Shown here: positions 24,634-33,987 of the stretch, one piece after another
Layout: the number at the start of each line of letters is the position of its first letter
How positions within the stretch are numbered: the stretch's first letter is position 1
NCBI GenBank assembly: GCA_032718475.1
Contig: JAUCBJ010000405.1
Span: 1 to 33,987 of the forward strand
Reading direction: 5' to 3'
Origin: Nemertoderma westbladi
Lineage: Eukaryota > Animalia > Xenacoelomorpha
DNA: 33,987 bases
The notes under the pieces: generated by a model
What the model was told of the DNA's origin: nothing
Seen by the model: the letters and a program-made list of their open reading frames with translations, nothing else
Databases searched by the model: none
Translations under genes and position numbers: made by a program

Positions 24634-26157
24634 GTCAATTATTTTATAATGACTGAATTTCTGAATTTTAGGGTTACTTTCCTTTACTTTATTACTGTTA
24701 TTAAGCAGTAGTCCAACTGATATTAAGACCTAATTGATGTATAACAGGCCTACTATTTTATAAATCGGTTTGAGTTGATTTATAATGTATATTATATATA
24801 CCCGTATAATGGGTTTTGTCAATGTTTGAAATAAATGTTATTATTTCTGGTAAGGAGTCACTACACAGAAGCTGAACGCTCTCAGTGGAGTGCTACTTGT
24901 TGGACACTAATACAAATTATTCTACTTTACTAAGTTACTTATTACTACAAATTACATACAATTACTGTGTAGGATTACAATTTCTAAATAAACACAAAAA
25001 ATTACACGTACAACTTTTAGGGTAATTTTACAGGAAATCTACAAACCAGCCAGCCTAACAAGGGGTTAGAATTTCTGGTTCTTACAAACAGACAGGAAAC
25101 TACGGTATTTGAAAATAATTAAGCAGTAGTAAATAAATTGCGTTGTCCAGATAAGAAAATATCACCATCTGACGACTTATAGCCTTTAGCTCTACAGCTC
25201 TATAAGTACTACGTTATGTACCCGGAGTGTCCTTACCTAGAAGTTAATTACCGCAGCCAACCAGAGCTAATGTGCCTATTAACCACTTTACAACACAAAT
25301 ATACTGCCTACACACTAATTACCTTCGGAAAGTACTGTACACTAAACCCTAAATTAGGTACAAGTACTTATACAACAAATAACCAGCAGTTAAATATACT
25401 TGTACAGCTAAAAGAACCACGGTATCTGCTGGAGTGACTAGAGCATAAAATCACCAGTCTTTACCTATGCTAAGCAGCCCTGATGTAGTACCGGGGTTAA
25501 TTTAACTATAACGGTATGTATAACAAGCACAATTACTGTAGGAATAAACTTGGGGAGTTATGTAGGTTGCAAATACTCGCATAGACTCTGAATAATAAAT
25601 ATTACGCTACCCGTGCAGACTACACAAACACAATACAGACTAAACGCTGGCAGACTACTATCAAGCCCAAATAAACTACAGTATATGCAGACTCCGAAAT
25701 GGTTGTTTAGTATGCGTTCTAACCGAGTAGTACGACGTATTCTTTCAGGGGGGATTTACCTTACAGCACTGGATGCCCCCACCTTCCTAACTAGTACTTT
25801 ATCGGACATACACTCTACACACACTGCAATCTCTTCAGACTTAACAACAGTCAGACAACAATCCAGCCTACAGATTATCTGTACAATTTGAGCGGGCTTA
25901 CACGCCTGCTGCTCAATATTACACTTACAAATAAATAAAACTGACAGAAATAAGTAAAATCCCAATAAAAAATCAGGGCGGCCGTCCCTGATTAAATATC
26001 AAGACCTACCGGTATATAATTATCAAAATCGAATAATACTGTTGTACATGTAAGTACTGGTTCAGGTAGTCGGGCAGTTAGGCCTACAGCTTACCGTTCG
26101 ACCGGTACTTTCGACTTTATTGCCTACAGTGCAATAAAGAATCTAGAAATCTATTAT

Positions 26158-27352
26158 TGTTCGCACTTTCAGACCTTTAGCAGTTTAACCTGCCAATTTT
26201 AGGTGTCCTCTTGTTTATAAATCGACTTTAGCCTATAACAATTATTTAATGCACATGAAGTAACATTAGCCGAAGCCAGTCTATGCGCGATCATTCACCC
26301 ACAGTTAAGGGAGACTGGATTCGGGTGCTTTGAAGTTATTGCGTTGCAGACCTACTGTATTATTCGATTGATCGTTACTATATAATCTCTGACAATATTA
26401 TTCACTTTCGGGGAAATATTAACAGTTCCTTTAGGACGTGGCGCTTTAAGTATAAAAACAGAGTTATGACTTATACTAAACACAATGAGATGGCTACTGA
26501 TTTTCGTAAATAGCGCATTCTTTAGGAGATGCTTTATTATCTGTCACACTACTGCACACGACTTCACACTGATCTGCCGACCGTTACTGAATTTAACCAT
26601 ATATAAGGATGATAGCAACTGACACATGTAGGGATTATGAAATAGCATTTAATGCACACTAAAATCACTGTAATGTAAGTCGCAATTGCTACCGGTAACC
26701 AGTCCCTCTAACCTTTAGTAATCAAGAAGATTGGGGTTTTATGATTATTTATCGATATTCTCCAAATATAACAACATATCCATCAACATATAACCATTAA
26801 TAACAGACAGTAAACAGAAGTAAAATAATGCGGTGATAGTCAGCCAGTATCGGTAATACCGGTACCGCAGGTGCCAAGTGACCAGTTGTTATGGTTAGTT
26901 GCGCAGTGCAGTAGGGCCAGGTGTTAATCAGATAATAGATTTACGTTCTTATAATCAAAGCCGTCTAATGTTGGCCAAAGTCTGAAACTTCCAACACAGA
27001 AGTACAGAATAATTTCCAAGCAGTTGTTCTCGCTTAGAAAGGTAAACAAAAACTGTAATGCATTGTGCGGTTTTCCATAGGCCTCTGTGCCAGATAAAAT
27101 GAAAATCGCTCTGATTGGCCGAGCCTGAACAAAGAGAGGCTCCACGTGTACAGTAAACCAGCTGACAGATTTCGTCATCGGAGTTCCAGTCTTTTAGAGT
27201 ATTAGGCGTATTGCGGCAGAAAATGGCTTGTTATGTCTGCTAAAACACCTACAGGGTACATTGCGGAGAAAATGGCTTGTTATGTCCGCTAAAACAACTA
27301 AACAGTTCATTGCGGATAAAAATGACTGGTTATATCCGCAAAAGCTTTTACA
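26158..27352 (-). repeat. 5' LTR (1195 bp)
   Basis: Direct repeat of 12812-14016, upstream of gag on the minus strand. The U3 side has CCAAT (~27114-27118), CACGTG (~27143) and three ~48-bp tandem repeats (27210-27352). Confidence 0.96.
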
Positions 27353-29786
27353 CGAGATGAGAAACTAAAGTATAGCGGTGGCGAGATGAGAAACAAAAGT
27401 ATAGCGGTAGCGAGATGAGAACAAAAGTGTAGCGGTGGCGAGATGAGAAACAAAAGTATAGCGGTGGCGAGATGAGAAACAAAAGTATAGCGGTCGGTGC
27501 GGTGGCGAGATGAGGAACAAAAGTATAGCGGTGTCGAGATGAGAAGCAAAAGTATAGCGGTGGCGAGATAAGAAACAAAAGTATAGCGGTGGCGAGATGA
27601 GAAACAAAAGTATAGCGGTGGCGAGATGAGAAACAAAAGTATAGCGGTGGCGAGATGAGAAACAAAAGTATAGCGGTGGCGAGATGAGAAACAAAAGTAT
27701 AGCGATGGCGAGATGAGAAACAAAAGTATAGCGGTGGCGAGATGAGAAACAAAAGTATAGCGATGGCGAGATGAGAAACAAAAGTATAGCGATGGCGAGA
27801 TGAGAAACAAAAGTATAGCGGTGGCGAGATGAGAAACTAAAGTATAGCGGTGGCGAGATGAGAAAAAAAAGTATTGCGGTGGCGAGATGAGAAACAAAAG
27901 TATAGCGGTGGCGAGATGAGAAACAAAAGTATAGCGGTGGCGAGATGAGAAACAAAAGTATAGCGGTGGCGAGATGAGAAACAAAAGTATTGCGGTGGCG
28001 AGATGAGAAACAAAAGTATAGCGGTGGCGAGATGAGAAACAAAAGTATAGCGGTGGCGAGATGAGAAACAAAAGTATAGCGGTGGCGTGATGAGAAACAA
28101 AAGTATTGCGGTGGCAAGATGAGAAACAAAAGTATAGCGGTGGCGAGATGAGAAACAAAAGTATTGCGGTGGCGAGATGAGAAACAAAAGTATAGCGGTG
28201 GCGAGATGAGAAACAAAAGTATAGCGGTGGCGAGATGAGAAACAAAAGTATAGCGGTGGCGAGATGAGAAACAAAAGTATTGCGGTGGCGAGATGAGAAA
28301 CAAAAGTATAGCGGTGGCGAGATGAGAAACAAAAGTATAGCGGTGGCGAGATGAGAAACAAAAGTAAAGCGGTGGTGAGATGAGAAACAAAAGTATAGCG
28401 GTGGCGCGATGAGAAACAAAAGTATAGCGATGGCGAGATGAGAAACAAAAGTATAGCGGTGGCGAGATGAGAAACAAAAGTATAGCGGTGGCGAGATGAG
28501 AAACAAAAGTATAGCGGTGGCGAGATGAGAAACAAAAGTATAGCGGTGGCGAGATGAGAAACAAAAGTATAGCGGTGGCGAGATGAGAAACAAAAGTATA
28601 GCGGTGGCGAGATGAGAAACAAAAGTATAGCGGTGGCGAGATGAGAAACAAAAGTATAGCGGTGGTGAGATGAGAAACAAAAGTATAGCGGTGGTGAGAT
28701 GAGAAACAAAGGTATAGCGGTGGCGAGATGAGAACAAAAGTATAGCGGTGGCGAGATGAGAAACAAAAGTATAGCGGTGGCGAGATGAGAAACAAAAGTA
28801 AAGCGGTGGTGAGATGAGAAACAAAAGTATAGCGGTGGCGCGATGAGAAACAAAAGTATAGCGGTGGCGAGATGAGAAACAAAAGTATAGCGGTGGCGAG
28901 ATGAGAAACAAAAGTATAGCGGTGGCGAGATGAGAAACAAAAGTATATCGGTGGCAAGATGAGAAACAAAAGTATAGCGGTGGCGAGATGAGAAACAAAA
29001 GTATAGCGGTGGCGAGATGAAAAACAAAAGTATATCGGTGGCAAGATGAGAAACAAAAGTATAGCGGTGGCGAGATGAGAAACAGAAGTATAGCGGTGGC
29101 GAGATGAGAAACAAAAGTATAGCGGTGGCGAGATGAGAAACAAAAGTAAAGCGGTGGTGAGATGAGAAACAAAAGTATAGCGGTGGCGCGATGAGAAACA
29201 AAAGTATAGCGATGGCGAGATGAGAAACAAAAGTATAGCGGTGGCGAGATGAGAAACAAAAGTATAGCGGTGGCGAGATGAGAAACAAAAGTATAGCGGT
29301 GGCGAGATGAGAAACAAAAGTATAGCGGTGGCGAGATGAGAAACAAAAGTATAGCGGTGGCGAGATGAGAAACAAAAGTATAGCGGTGGCGAGATGAGAA
29401 ACAAAAGTATAGCGGTGGCGAGATGAGAAACAAAAGTATAGCGGTGGCGAGATGAGAAACAAAAGTATAGCGGTGGCGAGATGAGAAACAAAAGTATAGC
29501 GGTGGCGAGATGAGAAACAAAAGTATAGCGGTGGCGAGATGAGAAACAAAAGTATAGCGGTGGCGAGATGAGAAACAAAAGTAAAGCGGTGGTGAGATGA
29601 GAAACAAAAGTATAGCGGTGGCGCGATGAGAAACAAAAGTATAGCGATGGCGAGATGAGAAACAAAAGTATAGCGGTGGCGAGATGAGAAACAAAAGTAT
29701 AGCGGTGGCGAGATGAGAAACAAAAGTATAGCGGTGGCGAGATGAGAAACAAAAGTACAGCGGTGGCGAGATGAGAAACAAAAGTA
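27353..29786. repeat. Satellite B, segment 3
   Basis: The 29-bp unit resumes in exact phase after the TSD and ends abruptly at ~29786. Confidence 0.98.
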
Positions 29787-30454
29787 AGTCAAATTTTTGT
29801 GAAACTTTATAATTAGTCGCATAACACACGTTATTACAGATAATATATAAACAAACCGGCGATTAAATGGTAAATAAAGAATAATGCAAATATATAAATA
29901 TAAATATATATTGAGAGTAAAATGTTACATTTACCTGTCAAAAGCACAAAATCTATACAAACATGATACCTAAGTTTATCAAATAACATAAATTCAAAAT
30001 AAATTAATTTACCAATATTTCTTTTCTGCATAGATAACAAACAATCAACATCATAAAACTTGGGAAAGATGCAAAATTAATTAATTAATTAACACGAGCT
30101 GGTCGGAATATATCACCGTATAACCAACATAAACAATCTAATAAACAAAGCAGGCAATAAGAAAATGGTAAGAAAATATAAATCTCATAAATTCACCTGA
30201 TTCCAAGAATTTGTATACAAATAACATAAATAAAAAATAAACTAATCTGGATCAATAATTACATTTCCGTGCTTAAATCCAAATATACAATACAAAATCA
30301 TCAATATTTATAATTTAGTACGCTAAACTGTTGTAGTGGCCACTAGAGAATAAAAAAATAACTGTTATAACTTTAGCTCGACAAATTGAGAATAAATTAC
30401 TAATTAGTGCACTGATTGGCAGTTAGGTTTAAAAAATGAAAGTAAAGTACAATA

Positions 30455-31440
30455 GGGATGGTGCGCGAAAAAATTGTTGGGCTAGGAACAATTGAATAAG
30501 GGGCAACAAGGTGCCCTGAATCGAGTGGCGAGGTCTGTTCTTTGTAAAAACACGAGGAAACTGTCGAAATGGCGGGTTTAAGTAAGCCCGGGAAGCCAAT
30601 TTTGTAAATCGGCTGTGATTGGCTGCTACATATTTGACGTCACTACGCAGTGCTCAGATAATTTTTTATCTTGGTTTCTATATGGATAGAGATTTTCGAT
30701 CGATTCAAATACATATTAAATCTCAATCATTTCACACGTGGCTTATATTAATTGAAAGCGGAGAGTCTTGCGCGTAGACGGGTGGCAGACCTACTTCCTT
30801 GTCTACCGGTCAGCGCTTTCCTCAGCCCTATCAGCCTATTTTTTTCCCTTGCCTATTGCAGAATCTGAGTATTGCAGCTTTACTTCAGGAAGTTGGGTTT
30901 ACCTGCGACATTTTTTAATATGCAAGGGTAGCCTATTGCCAATTATTACTGTATTATAGTACCGGCTGACCGGTATTAAAAGTTTAATGTTACTTTAAAT
31001 CTAATAATCTGTAGGCCTTACCGTCAGACCATACTGAAACAGCTTGGAATGCAGTTTTGCTGCTGGAAATACTGCTGGAAACAACATTATACCACCATGA
31101 ATTTAATTAATTATTAGTGTCAAAAGACGCGCAAGACTCTCCGCTTTGAATTAATATAAACCACGTTTGAAATGATTGAGATTTAATATGTATTTGAATC
31201 GATCGAAAATCTTTCCCCATAGAAACCAAGATAACAAATTATCAGATCACTGCGTAGTGACGTCAAATATGTAAAATATGTATGGCGATTTTCAAAATTG
31301 GCTTCCCGGGCTTACTTAATCCCACAATATCGATCGTTTCCGCGTGTTTTTACAAAGAACAGACCCCGCACTCGATTCAGGGCACTTGTTACCCCTTATT
31401 CAATTGTTTCTAGCACAACAATTTCTTCGCGCACCATCCC
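30455..31440. mobile_element. MITE/foldback-type non-autonomous DNA transposon with ~320-bp imperfect terminal inverted repeats
   Basis: 30455-30775 (GGGATGGTGCGCG...GTCTTGCGCGT) is the reverse complement of 31127-31440, around a 350-bp non-coding spacer. TSD is ambiguous. Confidence 0.88.
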
Positions 31441-32358
31441 CATTATACCGTTACCGTGACGTATAAATAAAGTCAAAGGAAAAACGGATTTTTCTTACAG
31501 AAATCAATGTTGATCAAATTGTTTGATTTACTCAATATTCAATAAATTTATAGATATAATAATATGTTGTGTGAAAATAATTTCAGATGCGCCCAGATAA
31601 GAAGAAAACCAAACGCATTTGCTGAGGGGTTGAAAAAGTACGAGATTTGTGCACCTAATTTTGTACAGAGAACTAATGAAATTTTTAATTAAATTTTCCA
31701 ATCCCAATATAAAATTAACAGTAGCACACAATATAACACGACTAGTAGAAGTGGGTATTCAATTATTCCGTTCACTTTAATAATCCGTTCAACTTCTGTC
31801 TCTAAACAACTGTATAATATTGCAACAATTTGTGATTGTGACCTCAAAATAAAATAAGTTTAATATCCCACATCTACTAATCCTAGTCCAATAAACATGC
31901 AAATTGGAAAAATAAATTGGGAAAAAGGCGAAACTATAGACGATTTAGGCTTTTGATACAATTATATACTAGAGCCATATAGAGCATTACAATACGCCAA
32001 GCCATAAAAGTTTGCTTCTAAATGAGATGACTATCAATGGTTGCTAAGGAAACAAAGCTATTAATAGACGAACGCGAGGAATAAAGCCCGGAATAGTCTC
32101 TATGGATACGTGGGTCCTCCAGCTTGGTCCCCTACCGGCTGCGGGTAGGGTGCCTCCCCCTGATTGGAGGCCCCACCGTGGTCTCCACCAGGTGTCCTCT
32201 CGCCAGCTCGCCACGAACGGAAGGCAAAAAAGGCCCCGACGCAGTACACAATCATAGTCAAGAAACCGAAAACCTAAATAACAGAATAGTATATAAAAAG
32301 TCAGTTGTGTCTGGTTTATAGGTTGAGCTATGGATGGGTGGGCATTCGGGATGGGAGT

Positions 32359-32827
32359 CAGGAAATGTAAGGGAATTTCCTGAGGGAATTTTATAGATAT
32401 TTTCCCGGAAATTTCCTATTTTATTAATATAGAAATATTTACAGAAATATCCTCATATTAATTGCATAAAATAGTAAAATAATATGATTTGAACCTCAAT
32501 TGTGATTATGACATTGTGTTTTGTCAATTTCATTATTAACTAGATGTTTTATATTGAACTCAATTTCGGAAATTAAAACATTTTCAATTTTAACTACAGT
32601 ATTTCACAATTTAATAGCTCCTGCTATTTTGCCAGTTTATACACACACATTCTGAATCTGAAAACACAAAGGAAAACAAAAGTAGAGTAAACACTAGCAA
32701 CAAATGATTCCTGCTTAGTTGTATTGAAAGTGTTGTGAATTGTTGTGTAACGTGAATGCGTATGGTGAAGAATACTTTTCCGGAAAATTCCTTGAAAGAG
32801 CATATTTCCGGAAAACTCACATCTCTA
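32359..32827. mobile_element. Degenerate hAT-like MITE
   Basis: Right end CACATCTCTA (TAGAGATGTG reversed); TTTCCGGAAA/GGAAATTTCC subterminal repeats at both ends; left TIR decayed. Confidence 0.45.
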
Positions 32828-33088
32828 GTGGATATGTATTTCTGTTGCTAACCTACTGCTTACAGATGTTGTAAAAATCAGTAAATTGCAATATTACCGG
32901 TATCTAATCTAGTGTCCAAACGGGACCTCCTCATTCGAAAAATCGTGATACTGAAAGAAAAAAATGTTATTCCGGTTGCGGATCTGGATATAGGATCGGT
33001 GTTTTCAAGTTTATACCTTTGCCATAGTTTGTAGCCTTCCACTACTGCGTGGTTCAGTTTTTCTGAGAGAGTTAGTATGACTTAGCAT

Positions 33089-33185
33089 TAGGGATGTGCC
33101 GGATTGACTATCTTCAAACCGACCAGGCCGGAGCCGGATTTGTAAAAAAAACCCGGCCGGAACTCCGGCCAAGCCGGATTTTTTA
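33089..33185 (+). mobile_element. hAT-like transposon end
   Basis: TAGGGATGTG terminus followed by clustered GCCGGA subterminal repeats; no partner end seen in the window. Confidence 0.45.
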
Positions 33186-33664
33186 TATATCACCACATTG
33201 CATTGCAAATTGAAAAATAGAACGAAGTAATACAGTAGCTGTAGTTTTTTTTATACACTCTGAGTTTCTAAATTGCCTGTCGAATATATAAACCTGTCAT
33301 TCACGGTGGTGGTAAGCTTAATATCAATTTATAACAAACCTACCTAGAGCAAACATCAACGCTTGCGCGCTGGCTGAGACAATATAATAATTATTGACTA
33401 GTTATAATTAGTATATGGATAGTGTTAGTGAGGTTGAGCCCAACCAAGTACAAATATTCGTGGTAAAAAGTAGTCAGTCAGCTCAGCATGTAGATAATCA
33501 TAAAATGATAGCTCTGCTTTAGACTTTATCATTATTCATAATATTAATGAATATAATACAAACAATGAAAATAATTGTTTGGTTTTGTATTGCATTGTAT
33601 TTGCTTATGGTTTAAATTTGTTTGAATTTAAAAGACAATTTATTTTGATGTTATTTTCGAAAAT

Positions 33665-33987
33665 TTACATTAATTTTTTTGATTTGTTTGTGATTGCAAA
33701 TTGCCAATTTTTTTCAGAGAATGTATTAAATTGTGTGCGAATGGTTGATAGTTTTTGAAATTTGGAGGGTAATAATTGATAGATTGATTTCGCAGATAGA
33801 ATATTAATTTTGGACATTGGTTCATCTTGTGATTCGATTGAGTTTAGGATATTATTAAGCCAACATGATTTTCCATCTTTCCACAAAGAGATGTTTTCTT
33901 ACATAATTGAGATATTTCGCCGCCAGAATGAATGCTTTTATGAATAGTGGGTGAATAATACCTAGTTCTCCACGCACTGTTTAAGTA
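33665..33987 (-). pseudogene. Possible decayed LINE (L1/Tx1-like) ORF2 C-terminal fragment
   Basis: SAKSIYQLL...NW spacing resembles the region after RT in L1-clade ORF2; no diagnostic catalytic motif. Confidence 0.25.

Larger units (their letters stand above)
12812..27352 (-). mobile_element. BEL/Pao LTR retrotransposon with both LTRs, defective (14.5 kb)
   Basis: Two TG...CA direct repeats of ~1.2 kb; 5-bp TSD CGAGA at 12807-12811 and 27353-27357; internal gag, protease, RT and RNase H with BEL-specific motifs. Confidence 0.96.

Noticed and set aside
29781-29791. Splice-donor-like GTAAGT at the satellite end
   Set aside because: The plus strand of the satellite is full of stops and no upstream exon is evident; probably chance.
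4127-29829. Dozens of long minus-strand ORFs with FLISPPLYFCFSSRHRYTFVSHLATAILL repeats (up to 840 aa)
   Set aside because: They are the translation of a 29-nt unit with no minus-strand stop. All three frames are open, and 28-, 32- and 38-bp variant units shift the frame freely, so there is no sign of coding constraint.

Overview
AT-rich eukaryotic (probably invertebrate animal) repeat-dense DNA with no recognisable host gene. From left to right it holds two LINE fragments, a Helentron/HINE-like element carrying 4 x 314-bp repeats, a ~28-bp minisatellite joined to a large 29-bp satellite, and several MITE/DNA-transposon remnants. Two insertions interrupt the 29-bp satellite: a 5'-truncated LINE (6607-8197) and a 14.5-kb minus-strand BEL/Pao LTR retrotransposon (12812-27352; ~1.2-kb LTRs, CGAGA target-site duplication). 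The BEL element is the unusual object. It has no tRNA primer-binding site; instead the 11 nt after the 5' LTR are exactly complementary to an 11-mer inside the LTR, resembling Tf1-type self-priming. Its integrase is deleted in frame, and it carries a degenerate ~510-codon third ORF that does not look like env. The many long minus-strand 'FLISPPLYF...' ORFs are artefacts of the stop-free satellite. All assignments are by eye, without database searches.
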